The notes: generated by a model from the sequence alone, not told the origin. 64,000 nt of DNA from an uncultured delta proteobacterium (GCA_963760795.1 CAVXEP010000020.1:128001-192000), one strand, 5' to 3'; shown: positions 1 through 12,285, numbered from the stretch's first letter. Program-made: numbers and translations.

Positions 1-29
1 AGGAAACATAGATAGCTCCTCCATTATGG

Positions 30-206
30 TTAAGACCGGCTCACTTTATGCCCAAACTTGGCGATCAGCCAGTCCACCGTCGGCATGCCGCTGCTGGAGT
101 AGCTGAGAGTGATCTTCTGTAGCGGCGTTTGCGCCTCGGCAGCGTATCCGGTGAGCGACAAACAAATTAAGGTCGAAACCAGGACCACGATAATTTTAAG
201 CTTCAC
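30..206 (-). pseudogene. Truncated NMT1/SsuA-type substrate-binding protein (58 aa stub)
   Basis: Manual translation VKLKIIVVLVSTLICLSLTGYAAEAQTPLQKITLSYSSSGMPTVDWLIAKFGHKVSRS*: signal peptide plus typical SBP first strand, then an early stop. Confidence 0.55.
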
Positions 207-429
207 TAATTTTCTCCTGGAGGAATATTGCCGGTATATTAACCCTAATCTTAGACAATCGGCCAGCAGCCGAGGAAACGTTACACTGCGGAGTTAACTT
301 TCGTATTGCCAGCGCCCTCTCTTGAGCCCGCGCCGATCTCGTTATATGACTGGCCAGACTGAATTTCACGGCATGCAGAGCCGGGTTAGAAATCAGTTCA
401 ACCAACATACCAACGGAGGAATGACAAGC

Positions 430-922
<493 letters not shown>

Positions 923-936
<14 letters not shown>

Positions 937-1793
937 TTTTGGTTATGTCGCCGCCCGTTCGGTGGAAGACGCTTTGCAGCTGATGGCCAAGCATGGCGAG
1001 GATGGCAAACTCCTGGCCGGCGGTCACAGCTTGATTCCGGCGATGAAGCTGCGGCTGCAATCGCCGCAGACTTTGATCGACTTGGGCACCGTGCCGGGCC
1101 TGCGTGGCGTGAGCGTTGACGGCAGTCATCTGGTCATCGGCGCACTGACAGTGCACGCCGACGTCGCCTCATCCGACCTCGTGCGCAAGCATGTTCCCGC
1201 CCTGGCCGACGCCGCTGCGGTGATTGGCGATGTCCAGGTGCGCAACCGCGGCACCATCGGCGGCAGCGTTGCCCATGCCGACCCCGCGGCAGACTTACCG
1301 GTTGTCCTGACCGCGCTCAACGCCAGTTTCGTCGCCCAGTCGCCAACCGGCAAGCGCACCATTAGCGTCGACGATTTTTTCACCGATTTTTACACCACCG
1401 CGTTAAACGCCAATGAAATTCTTACCGAAATCCGCGTGCCGATTCCGGCCGCTGGAACCGGCACGGCATACGCCAAGTTGCCGCACCCGGCCTCCGGTTA
1501 CGTGGTCGTCAGCGCGGCGGCGTTGATCGTCGCGACAGGCCTCCGGCACCTGCACCGCTTCGCGGATCGCCATCGGCGGCTTGAGCAGCGGTCCGATCCG
1601 GGCCATCGCAACCGAACTGGAACTGCAAGGTAAGCCGTTGACGACACAGATGATCGCCGGCGCCGCAGCCAAAGCCGCCGAAGAGACCGACCCGATGGAA
1701 GATTCTTACGCCAGCGCGGAGTACAAGCGCCATGTCGCGACGGTATACGCGCGCAAGGCGATTGAGGCAGCGGTGGCACGCGCGGCAAAATAG
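923..1793 (+). CDS. FAD-binding medium subunit (CoxM/CutM family); frameshift near 1535
   Basis: [10 protein letters not shown] and [17 protein letters not shown] motifs; C-terminus continues in ORF 1581-1793 (SAEYKRHVA). Confidence 0.88.
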
Positions 1794-1864
1794 CGATTCA
1801 AGATCTTGATACGCCTCTCTGACCCCAAACCCGGGAGAGAAGGTCAAGAGGGAGACAGACCACC

Positions 1865-4182
1865 ATGACCACCGAACATCAAACCAGCGGACTGATCGGC
1901 GCCTCGCCCAAGCGAGTCGAAGATCCGCCGCTGATTACCGGCAAGGGCTGCTACACCGACGATATTCAATTGCCGGGCATGCTCTATCTCGCGTTTCAGC
2001 GCAGCCCTTACCCGCATGCGAAAATTATTTCTATCGACAGCAGCAAAGCCAAATCCATGGCCGGCGTCGAACTGGTCATTACCGGCGACGATCTCAGCGA
2101 CAAGCTCAATCTCGCGCCATCGCAGGTGCTGCCGAACATGATCATTCCCGCGCATCCAGTGCTCGCCCGCGGCGCCGTGCATTGCGTCGGCGTGCCGGTC
2201 GCCGCCGTGGCCGCCAAGACGCGAGCGCAAGCGAAGATGCGGCCCATGCCATCGACGTCGAATATGACGAGCTGCCCGGCGTGTCCAACGCCGAGGACGC
2301 GCTCAAAGCCCGGCGCGCCGCTCGCCCATCAGGAGCTCGACAGCAACGTCTGCTACACGATGACGAAAAACGGCGGCGACGTCGATAAAGCCTTCGCCGC
2401 GGCGGATCATGTCTTCACCATGCATATCGCCAGCCCGCGCCAGGTGGCCTTGGCGATGGAACCGCGCGGCATCGCCGTCAAGCCCGATCCCTTCGGTAAG
2501 AATTTAACTATCTGGCTGTCGACTCAAGGACCCCATCGCGCCCGCGCCGAGATCTCCGGCGTGTTGGGTTTTCCCGAGCATAGAATTCATTTGATCGCCC
2601 CCGATGTCGGCGGCGGCTTCGGCAGCAAAGGGCCGGTCTACCGCGAAGACATCGTCGCCTGCTACGTCGCGCTCAAGCTGCGCAAGCCGGTCAAATGGAT
2701 CGCCACCCGCAGCGAGGATTTTCTGACGACCATCCAAGGGCGCGATCAGGCGATGACCTCCGAGATGGCGCTCAGCAAAGACGGCAAGATCCTCGGCTTG
2801 AAAGTCAAAGTGGTCGCCAACCTGGGCGCGTATCTGCACTCCAGCACCGCCGGACCGCCCCAGCGCATGATGGGCATGGCCTGCGGCAGCTATCAGATCA
2901 AAGACTGCCGCGTCGAGATTGTCAGCGTTTTCACCAACACCTGCCCCACCGGCCCCTATCGCGGCGCCGGCCGGCCCGAGTCGGTGTTGAACATCGAGCG
3001 GCTACTCGACAAAGCCGCCGACGTGCTCGGCATGGATCGCTTGGCAATCCGCCGCAAGAATTTTATTCAACCCGATCAGTTCCCCTACACCACCGGCACC
3101 GGCGTCGAGTACGATTCCGGCGATTACGAAAAGCCGTTGCGCGAAGCGTTGAAGCTGTCTAACTACGACGAGCTGTTGCGCCAGCGCGATGCTCGGCGCA
3201 ACAAACGGCGAACTGGTCGGCGTCGGCTTTTCCACCTTCGTCGAACCGAGCGGCGGCGCGGGTTTCGAGAGCGGCAGCGGTGCGCGTCGAGCGCACCGGC
3301 GAGATTACCGTGCTCACCGGGTCGAGCTCCCACGGCCAAGGCCATGAAACCTCCTGGGCGCAGATCGCCGCGGGCTTAATGCAGACCAGCATGGATCACG
3401 TCACCGTGCTGCACGGCGACACCCATGTGAGCCAGCAAGGCACCGGCACCTTCGGCAGCCGCAGCGCCGTGGTCGGCGGCGGCGCGCTGGCCACCGCAGC
3501 CGAGCGCGTCATCACCAAAGGCAAACGCATCGCCGCGCACTTGGTCGAAGCGTCACCGGAAGACATCGTCCAAGCCGACGGCGGCTTCGCCGTCAAAGGC
3601 GTGCCTGATAAAAAAGTCAGCTGGCGCCAAGTCGCCGCCGCCGCTTACAGCGGCAGAGTGCCGCAGGGTATGGAGATCGGCCTGCAAGAAACCGCTTTCT
3701 TCGATCCCAAGCGCGAAGCCTGGGGCTTCGGCACCCATATCTCGCTGGTTAGCGTTGACCGTGACACCGGCAAGTTTAATTTGGAAAAACTGGTCATGGT
3801 CGACGACTGCGGCGTGGTCATCAACCCGATGATCGTCGAAGGACAGATTCACGGCGGCGTCGCCCAAGGTTTGGGCGAAGCCCTGCGCGAACAGATGCTC
3901 TACAGTGAAGACGGGCAAGCGCAAACCGACACATTGATGAATTATGCCATCATGCGCGCCGGCGACATGCCGCCCATGATTCTCGGCGAAACCATCACGC
4001 CCAACCCGTTCAATCCGCTGGGCGTCAAAGGCGTCGGCGAATGCGGCACCAACGGCGCCCCGCCGTCAGTGGCCAACGCCCTCATGGACGCGCTCAAGCC
4101 GCTCGGCATCGATCATGTGGACATGCCCTACACCGCGCCCAAACTGTGGGAATTGATTCGCAAGGCGGAGGCGAAGAATTAG
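1865..4182 (+). CDS. Molybdopterin large subunit, xanthine dehydrogenase/CoxL form II-like; several frameshifts
   Basis: KRVEDP, VGGGFGSK, PYRGAGRPE, HGQGHET, GTFGSRS, VEGQIHGG and GVKGVGE motifs across ORFs 1865-3379 and 3280-4182. Confidence 0.9.
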
Positions 4183-4279
4183 TCAGAAGGCATTAGACGA
4201 GAGTGGAAGGGGTGACGCTTGGCGCGGCCCTTTTCTTTTTCTGAGTGGTTTTCTATACAGGCGCTGTAAGGAGAAGAAA

Positions 4280-5258
4280 TATGCTTACGCAAATTCTCCG
4301 CTCCCTAGTGGCGCTTACACTCATTCTGCCGTTTTCTAGTACAAGTCACGCCCAGGTCACGCCAGACAAAATTGTCGTCAGCTATCCAAGCAAGTCGATC
4401 ACTAACTTTCCGATCTTAGAAACCGCGCAGCGCCGCGGCTTTTTTCACAAAGAAAATCTCGCCGTCAGCATGGTCTACATGCGCGGCGGCATCGACATCA
4501 AAGCGCTCATCACCGGCGATGCCGACTTCGGCACCGGCAGCACCACCGCGGTCACGGCATTCGTCGCCGGCGCGCCGCTGCGGGTGGTGATGAGCATGAA
4601 CGCTTTCGTCGATCAGGCGCTCTACGCTCAGACGAAATATCGAAACCTGGCACAGCTCAAAGGCCAGTCCATCGGCTCGCTCAACCCTGGCGGTCTAGTC
4701 GACACGCTGCTGCGCAGAATTATCGTCAAGGAAGGCTTCTCGCCGGAGCGTGATTTTATTCTATTAAACATGGGCGGCACGCCCGAACGGTATGCCGCGC
4801 TCAAGTCGGGAACCTTAGCGGCGTCGATGCTGAGCGCGCCGCATAGCCTGCGCGCCGAGAAGGACGGTTTTATCAAGATCGCCGCCACCCGTGACTATGT
4901 CGATGTTCCCGGCACGGCGTTCGTCACCCATGCCGATAAGATCAAGAAGCAACCGAACGTCATCAAGCGCTTCATGCGCGCCGGACTGCGCGCCATGAAT
5001 TATATCCGCGAAAACCGCACCGACACAGTGCAAATGATCATGCGCGAGTTCGGCATGGACCAGGAAATAGCGGGGCTGGCGTACAAAGTGTTGCTCGAAT
5101 TGCTCAGCCCCGATGGCAAGAATCGCATCGAAGGTTATCAACTGCTCGTCGACTTTGCCCGCGCCGGACAAAAGCTCGACCGCCCAATCAGTGCAGCGCA
5201 GTTTATCGACGAAACGATATTGGATGAGATTATCAAGGAAGGTTTGATCACACGATAG
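4280..5258 (+). CDS. ABC substrate-binding protein, NMT1/THI5/SsuA family
   Basis: Signal peptide; RGFFHKENL, LKGQSIG and RYAALKSG motifs. Confidence 0.85.
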
Positions 5259-5287
5259 TAATGTAGTCACCGCCTGGAGTTGGCATT

Positions 5288-5617
5288 ATGGATTTCACCA
5301 AGATCAAGAAACAATACCGGAATCAGTGGGTGCTGATTGAGTTCTCAAAACTCGACAAACATCTAAAGCCGAAAACCGGTCGAGTAATCGCCCACGCTCC
5401 GAACAAAGAGGACATCTACAAAGCGCTTCTACAAACTAAGGGGAAGAACATTTCAGTTGAGTATTGTGGAAAGGTTAACGACGATATAGCGGTGATGTTT
5501 TCAGGAAGGCAGAGAGAGGATATCATTGAGTTCCAAACCTTCCCAAGCCATCGGTGCGGTCTGGGCAACGATTTGAACAAAGCGCTCAGCGGGCAAAAGT
5601 CGACCTTGCCTTCTTAG
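5288..5617 (+). CDS. Small hypothetical protein, DUF5678-like
   Basis: IKKQYRNQWVLIE...GRVIAHAPNKEDIY pattern; AT-richer than neighbours. Confidence 0.55.
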   Translation: MDFTKIKKQYRNQWVLIEFSKLDKHLKPKTGRVIAHAPNKEDIYKALLQTKGKNISVEYCGKVNDDIAVMFSGRQREDIIEFQTFPSHRCGLGNDLNKALSGQKSTLPS

Positions 5618-5667
5618 CAATGAAAGTTGTAAAGATGCGCAGGTCCAAACGGAATTAAGGAGGGGTT

Positions 5668-6102
5668 ATGGGAACATTCAAAATCGAAGGGGTCACCCAC
5701 TGGTCGATACCAGTCAACAATCTTAAAGAATCGGAAGAGTTTTACGGCGGCGTGCTCGGCCTCCAGCTCTTGGGGCGGCTGAGCAACGGCGTGATGACCT
5801 GCTTCAACATCGGCGATCACAACATCCTGTTATGCGAGCGGCAAAAGCCGCAGGACAAGACCATCGTCGAAGAGCGCGTGCATCATTCGTTCAATGTCAG
5901 CCCGGAAGGATTCGTCGCGGCTTGCAAGACGTTTCATGAAAATAAAGTCCCCATCGTTGAGCTCGAATACCGCGCCAAAGGCCATTTTACCGGGCGCGAG
6001 CTTTATATTCACGATCCGAGCGGCAACCGCCTCGAACTTCGCGATTCAACTTGGCAGAAAGGCATGCCGGAGCCGAGTTTCGAAGAAATCGTCCGGTCGT
6101 AG
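5668..6102 (+). CDS. VOC/glyoxalase family protein
   Basis: HWSIPVNNL..SEEFYGGVLG, HHSFNV and DPSGNRLE motifs; strong RBS. Confidence 0.88.
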   Translation: MGTFKIEGVTHWSIPVNNLKESEEFYGGVLGLQLLGRLSNGVMTCFNIGDHNILLCERQKPQDKTIVEERVHHSFNVSPEGFVAACKTFHENKVPIVELEYRAKGHFTGRELYIHDPSGNRLELRDSTWQKGMPEPSFEEIVRS

Positions 6103-6150
6103 CGCCCGGTACTCTCCGGGTCATCGACTCGAGATCGATCACTCTACTCC

Positions 6151-6234
6151 GTCATTCCGGCGCAGGCCGGAATCCAGGTTTTCTTTGGCTTTGTAGCGCG
6201 AGCAAAGATGGATGCCGGCCTATGCCGGCATGAC
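6151..6234. repeat. REP-like inverted-repeat doublet
   Basis: GTCATTCCGGCGCAGGCCGGAATCCA ... TGGATGCCGGCCTATGCCGGCATGAC between convergent genes. Confidence 0.75.
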
Positions 6235-6318
6235 AGATCTTCTCTTCACCTGACCGCGAGGAATTTCAATGATTCCGAAAGGGGCCTGACGAGAAAGTTC
6301 AGAAATGTTAGCGCGGCT

Positions 6319-8033
6319 TTATCTCGCGCCGTAATCCCTTGCGGCCGCATCGGCTGAAACATAGCCGCGCATCACATCGCGCTCGACCGACTCGCGCGGC
6401 CGATCATTCGGCGATCCATACCCGCCGCCACCGCCGGTCTCGACGGTGATCTTGTCGCCGGCTTTGAGCGGATAGGCTTTTTCTTTGTAAATGATTTCCT
6501 TCTCGCCGGATTTCTTTTCGACGACGATGCGCCCCGACCGGCCTTCCTTGCCGCCGTAGACGCCCCAGGGCGGATATTTGACGCGGTCGAACATCGCTTG
6601 CAGATCGGCGTCGCCGAGCAATTGATACTTTTTGCGGAAGCCCAAACCGCCGCGGAATTTGCCCGCGCCGGCGGAATCTTGGCGCAGACCGAACTCGGCG
6701 ACGCGATAGGGATACATGGACTCCTGCAGCTCGACGGGAATGATCCGCGTATCGCCGTGCGCCATCGTGCGAAACGGCCCCGCGCCGTCGTGGGTTGCGC
6801 AGCCGCCCCAGCCGCCATGACCGCTGTCATGGCAATCGAAGAGCGTGCCGTTGTCGCGCCGGCCGCGGAAGCGCACGCCGGAGAAAGTGCCAAAGTGCGC
6901 ACCGGTGACCCGCGCCGGCAGCGCCGGCTCCAGAGCTTTGATAAAAGCGTCGATGACCGTCGGAAACGGCTGGGAGTAGTTGCCCATCGGCGCGGTCGCG
7001 TTGGCGCTCAGCAATTTTCCCTCTGGAAGAATCAACTTCAGCGGCCGGAACGTGCCCTCGTTGGCCGCTTCCTCGTCGGCGATTAAATATTTAAAGGCCA
7101 CCCGCGCGCAGGTGCGCCCGCCGCCGTAGTATCCCGAGTTGATGCAGCCTTTGACCTGGTCGGCAACCTCGCTCAGATCCACCGTCATTTCGTCGCCGGC
7201 GACGATGACTTTGACATATGATCGGCAAGCGGTTCGTCGGACTCGCCGTCGTTGTCGAAAAACGTCCCATGGCTGTACGTGCCGTCCGGCAGAGCGCGAA
7301 TCTTGGCGCGCGCCGCCGCTTCGCTCTGGTCGAGAATCGTTTGCACGGCGTTGAGAAAGGTCTCGACGCCATACTTGTCCGCCAGCGCTTGAACGAGATC
7401 GCGCCCGAGAACGCAGCCGGCGTGTTGCGCGGCGATGTCGCCCATCAGTTCCACCGGAAAGCGCGTGTTGTTCTCGATGATGCGATAAACTTCTTGAATC
7501 GGCTCGCCCTTGGACCAGAGTTTGATCGAGCGCAGCTGCAATCCTTCCATGAAAATGTCAGTCGAGCGCGGCGTGATGCCGCCGATGTCGATCCAGTGCA
7601 TGTTGATGGCGAAAAAGCCGACGAGAGATTGTTTCGCCGTCCCGGCAAAGATCGGCGTGTACATCACCGTATTGTTCAGATGCTGTCCTTGCACGGCGGC
7701 ATGATTGCACAGCACAAAGTCGCCACGGTGCAGACGATCTTTGCCGTACACCGAGAGACCGTCGCGCACCGCCATGCCGACCGAGTCGGCGACAAACACC
7801 GGAATACCGCCGGTGCTTTGCGCGATCAACTCGCCGTCGGGGCCGGCGAGACCCACGGCAAAATCTTTGTACTCGTAAATATACGGGCTAAACGCCGTGC
7901 GTGTGATGTTGGCGTCGATCTGATCGGTGATCGACACCAGACCGTGGCGGATCACTTCGAGGGTGATCGGGTCGACGGCTGGTCGATTTTTGGGTTTTGA
8001 TGATTCGGATTTCATGTTGTTAGCATTTAGCAT
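6319..8033 (-). CDS. Hydantoinase B/5-oxoprolinase family protein; frameshift near 7220
   Basis: DPITLEVIR, RTAFSPYIYE, QHLNN, HWIDIGG and TGGGGGYG motifs. Confidence 0.9.
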
Positions 8034-8044
8034 GGTCGCCTCTC

Positions 8045-8122
8045 ATAGGGGCAGACCGGAGCCTGTCCTGAGTCAATCGAAGGATGTCCGCGCTCTGAAG
8101 GGCAATCACATAGGATTGCCCC
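8045..8122. repeat. GTAG-type REP doublet with a nested ~26-bp element at 8059-8084
   Basis: ATAGGGGCAGACC...TGTCCGC and GGGCAATCACATAGGATTGCCCC arms; insert GAGCCTGTCCTGAGTCAATCGAAGGA. Confidence 0.55.
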
Positions 8123-8129
8123 GCCAATT

Positions 8130-10181
8130 CTAATTTCCGCTGCAATGGATGCGAATCTCTCGCAACTCGCCGATCTCAAACCGATCCCCCGGCCAAATCA
8201 CCGTCGTCGAGCCATACTCTTCGATCACCGCCGGGCCGCTGGCGCTGAAACCCGGCGCCAAGGCGTCGCGATGATAAATCGGCGCGTCGAGCCAGCCGCC
8301 GGCATTGCCGATGTAGATCTTCCGAATCTGTTGGGCCGGCGCTTGCGCCGCGGCGCGCGGCAAGCGCGCGATGTTGGGTTGTTGCAAGCGCGCGAAGGCC
8401 GAGAGATGCAATGCTTGAAACTCCGCCGGCGCCTTGGCGTCGGCGTGGCCGTAGCGCCGTTTGTAGTCCCGTTCAAAGGCGGCGCGGATTGCCTCCACGT
8501 CTTTCAATCCCGACACCGGGACTTTGATGTTATGGCGCTGGCCGCGGTAACGCATCTCTGCGTGGCGCTCGAAAAACACTTCGCTGGTGCCGAACTCGAC
8601 GGCGAGCGCCGCCGCCGCTTCGGTTTCCATCGAAGCGAACAGCTCGGTCATCGACGGCATGGTTTTCTCGCTGAGGATGCCGACAAAGGTTTTCGACGTA
8701 TCGATGCGCGCATCGGCCAACAGCATGCCGATGGCGGAAAAGTTACCCGGCTCGGGTGGAATGACCACAGTGGGAATCGACAACTCGTGGGCGAGGGCGG
8801 AAGAATGCAGCGGCCCGCCGCCGCCGTAGCTGAACAGAATAAAATCGCGCGGATCGAGGCCATGCTCCACCGACACTTTGCGAATCGCGCCGGCCATGAT
8901 CACCGTCGCGATGGAAATTATCCCGTCGGCCATCTGCACCATGCCGCTTTCACCCGCGTAGCCGAGCGGTGTGGCGATGCGCTCGGTTATCGCGCTTTGC
9001 GCCGCGTTCACGTCGAGCGCCATCTCGCCACCGAGGAAGTTCATCGCATTGAGACGGCCGAGCACGAGATTGGCATCGGTGATCGTCGGCTCTAAACCGC
9101 CGCGGCCGTAGCATACCGGTCCCGGTGTCGAGCCGGCGCTATGGGGTCCGACGTGCAAACGCTTTTGCGTATCGAGCCAGGCGATGGAACCGCCGCCCGA
9201 GCCCACTTCGACGATGTCGATGACCGCCGATTTAATTGGAAAGCCTTTGACATAGCCGTTGGCGTAGTAGAGGGAATTCACCGAAAAGCGGCCGTTCTCG
9301 ACCAGCGCGCATTTCGCCGTAGTGCCGCCCATGTCGAAGGCGACGACGTTTTTAAAGCCGAGTTGGTCCGCGTAGGCGCCGGCGCCGATGCAGCCGCCGA
9401 TGGGGCCGGATTCGACTAGGCCGATGGGCTGGCGGCAAGTGCGATCGGTGGAGAGCAAGCCGCCGTTGGAGCCCATCATGAAAAGCGAACCGCCAAAGCC
9501 TTGTTGTTTGAAGTCGTTGTCCAAGCGGCGAATATAGGTGCTCACCTGTGGCCCGATGTAGGCGTTGGCGGCGACCGTCGAACAGCGCTCGTACTCGTAC
9601 CACTCGCGGGTCAGATCGGTGCTGAATGTTATGTAAGTGTCCGGTAGCAGCTCTTTCAATTTTTCAGCCGCCGCTTCCTCGTGGGCCGGGTTGACATACG
9701 AGTTCATGAAAAAAACCGCCACCGACTCGACGCCGAGTTTACGGATCGCGACGGCGAGTTTTTCCAAACCCGCAACATCGAGCGGCGTTACCACTTCGCC
9801 TTTGCTGCCCATTCGTTCGGGTATTTCAAAACGCAGCTCGCGTGGAATCAGCGGCTCATCGCGCTGATAGTGCAGATCGAACGGGTCGGGCCGGTTACCA
9901 CGGGCGATTTCGAGAATATCGCGGAAGCCCTGGGTGGTAACCAATGCGGTCTTCGAACCTTTGCGCTGGATCAAGGAATTGATCACCAGCGTCGTGCCAT
10001 GGTTGACGATTGAAGCTTGCGCCGGTTTGAGTTGCGCTTTGTTAAAACAATCGAGAATCCCCTCGACCAGATTGTCATAGGTCGTCGGACTCTTGGAATA
10101 GATCACCTTCTGGGTTTCGTGATCGAACGCGACCAGATCGGTAAACGTGCCGCCAATATCGACGGCGATGGCGTAACTCAT
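8130..10181 (-). CDS. Hydantoinase A/5-oxoprolinase ATP-binding subunit
   Basis: VDIGGTFTD, HGTT, ESGP, DMGGTT, GSGGGSIA, YGGGGPLH and GPAVIEE motifs; intact 683 aa. Confidence 0.93.
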   Translation of the reverse strand: MSYAIAVDIGGTFTDLVAFDHETQKVIYSKSPTTYDNLVEGILDCFNKAQLKPAQASIVNHGTTLVINSLIQRKGSKTALVTTQGFRDILEIARGNRPDPFDLHYQRDEPLIPRELRFEIPERMGSKGEVVTPLDVAGLEKLAVAIRKLGVESVAVFFMNSYVNPAHEEAAAEKLKELLPDTYITFSTDLTREWYEYERCSTVAANAYIGPQVSTYIRRLDNDFKQQGFGGSLFMMGSNGGLLSTDRTCRQPIGLVESGPIGGCIGAGAYADQLGFKNVVAFDMGGTTAKCALVENGRFSVNSLYYANGYVKGFPIKSAVIDIVEVGSGGGSIAWLDTQKRLHVGPHSAGSTPGPVCYGRGGLEPTITDANLVLGRLNAMNFLGGEMALDVNAAQSAITERIATPLGYAGESGMVQMADGIISIATVIMAGAIRKVSVEHGLDPRDFILFSYGGGGPLHSSALAHELSIPTVVIPPEPGNFSAIGMLLADARIDTSKTFVGILSEKTMPSMTELFASMETEAAAALAVEFGTSEVFFERHAEMRYRGQRHNIKVPVSGLKDVEAIRAAFERDYKRRYGHADAKAPAEFQALHLSAFARLQQPNIARLPRAAAQAPAQQIRKIYIGNAGGWLDAPIYHRDALAPGFSASGPAVIEEYGSTTVIWPGDRFEIGELREIRIHCSGN

Positions 10182-10197
10182 TTCTAAGATAACTCCC

Positions 10198-10316
10198 GTT
10201 CAAAAGTTCAAAGGTTCAAACGTTCAATGGTTCAAGAGTTCGCGCTTCGGATTTTTCCGACGTTGAACCCATTCGGCAGGCTCAGGGCAGGCTTTTGAAC
10301 CCTTGAACCTTGAACG
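10198..10316. repeat. Periodic TTCAA/TTGAAC palindromic repeat with nested element at 10269-10294
   Basis: GTTCAAAAGTTCAAAGGTTCAAACGTTCAATGGTTCAAG ... TTGAACCCTTGAACCTTGAAC. Confidence 0.7.
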
Positions 10317-12060
10317 TCATTCGCGCTTCGCGCTTGCCAGCGCTATCGATAACAACACCGTAATCGTCGCGCGCGCTTTCAATCGAAACAAAGCCGCGAA
10401 TGACATCCTTAGCGACGAGTTCGGTTGGCCGCTTGCGCGGATCGCCGTAACCGCCGCCGCCGCCGGTGGACATGCGCACGCGGTCGCCGGCGGCGACCGG
10501 GCAGTTTTCGGTTTTATAAAGCAGCTCCGGTTCTTGCTGGCCATTTTTTAGCACCAGCACTTGCCCGGTTTTCCCGGCCTTGGCGTTTTGCACGCCCCAG
10601 GGCGGACAGCCGATGCGGTCGAAGTTGGCCCATAGTTCACAGGGCGCGAGCAAAACATATTGCTTGTCGAAGCCCAGACCGCCGCGCCACTGGCCGGCGC
10701 CGCCGGAATCCTGGCGCAGGCGAAATTCTTCGACGCGAAACGGATACATCGACTCTTGCAGCTCGATGGGAATCAGCCGGGTGTCGCCATGGGCCATGGT
10801 GCGAAACGGCCCGGCACCGTCGTGGGTCGCGCAAGCGCCCCAGCCGCCATGGCCGCTGTCGTTGGCTTTGAAATACGCTCCGGTGTCGACCCGCCTGCCG
10901 CCGAAGCTGAGCGAAGAGAAGGTGCCGAAATGCGCGCCGGTAACGCGCTGCGGTAAAGCCGGTTCCAAGGCTTTGATGAAACAATCGATCACCGTGGGGA
11001 ATGGAATGCTGTAGAGTCCCATGGCCGCGGTGGCTTCGGCGCTGATCAGCGTACCTTCGGGGAGGATCATCTTTAACGGCCGAAAGGTGCCTTCGTTGGC
11101 CGGCTCATCGGTGGCGATGAGATACTTGAATCCGACCCGCGCGCAGGTGCGCCCGCCGCCGAAGAATCCCGAGTTGACACAGCCGCGCACCTGCGGCGAC
11201 ATCTCGGAATAATCGATGGTCATCTCGTCGCCGGCGACGATGACTTTGACGCGAATGGGAATTTTCTCGTCGCGCACGCCGTCGTTGTCGAGAAACGCTT
11301 CATGTTGGTAGACGCCGTCGGGAATGGCGCGGATCTTTTCCCGCGTCGCCGCCTCGCATTGATCGAGAATCGCGTCGAGGGTGCCGAGAAAAACCGCCGG
11401 GCTATACTTATTCGCCATCTCCTGGGTCAAATCCCGGCCCAAGAAGCAGCCGCCCAGCTGCGCTTCGATGTCGCCCAAGCAGTTCTAACGGGAAACGGGT
11501 GTTGTTCTCGATGATCCGGTAGACTTCTTCAATCGGCTCGCCCTTGGACCAGAGTTTAATCGAGCGCAGCTGCAACCCTTCCATGAAAATATCGGTGGAC
11601 GAATAGGACACCGAGCCGATGGCCGAGCCGCCGATATCGATCCAATGGCAGTTGACTGCGAAGAATCCGATCAGCTCGTCGCCCTTGCGGGCCGGCCAAG
11701 CACCGGCGTGTACATGACCGTGTTGTTTAAATGCTGCCCCTGGATCGCCGCGTGGTTGCAGACGATGACATCGCCCTTGTGCAAATTCTCCCGGCCGTAG
11801 ACTTCCAGACCGTCTTTCACCGCCGCGCCCACCGAGTCGGCGACAAACACCGGCATGCCGCCGGTGGATTGGGCTAACAACTCGCCGGTGGCGCTGACGA
11901 AGCCGACGGCGTAATCCTTGTACTCGTAGATATACGGGCTAAACGCCGTGCGCGTCATGTTGGCGTCGATCTGATCGCAGATCGAGATGATCCCATGGCG
12001 GATCACTTCCAGAGTAATCGGATCGATTTTAGTTTTGACAGCGGCGTTGGGCATGGACAC
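10282..12060 (-). CDS. Second hydantoinase B/oxoprolinase family protein; frameshifts near 11480-11700
   Basis: Close paralog of 6319-8033 (DPITLEVIRHG, GGGRTCARV, HDGAGPFRTMAHGDTR). Confidence 0.88.
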
Positions 12061-12229
12061 TCGATTTCGTAGCCGGGCAATCCTAAGCCCGGCAATTTTG
12101 CGATCCTTTCAAGTAACCAAAAAGTTGTCAAGCAAGCGATCCGTTCGCCAATGGATTTATCACAGACGGTAAGAAGATCGCATCCTGGTCGCAGGGGTGT
12201 ATTGCATACGCCCTCCCGCTATCTCTTGG

Positions 12230-12259
12230 TTGACAGGTGGCGAGCCTGGCAGGTATAGA
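12230..12259 (+). promoter_or_regulatory. Putative sigma70 promoter
   Basis: TTGACA-18 nt-TATAGA upstream of the SBP operon. Confidence 0.45.
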
Positions 12260-12285
12260 CCACCAAGGATTACTCAGGAGTGAAT

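Noticed and set aside
1865-4182. Aerobic CO dehydrogenase
   Set aside because: Lacks the AYXCSFR motif and coxDEFG accessory genes.
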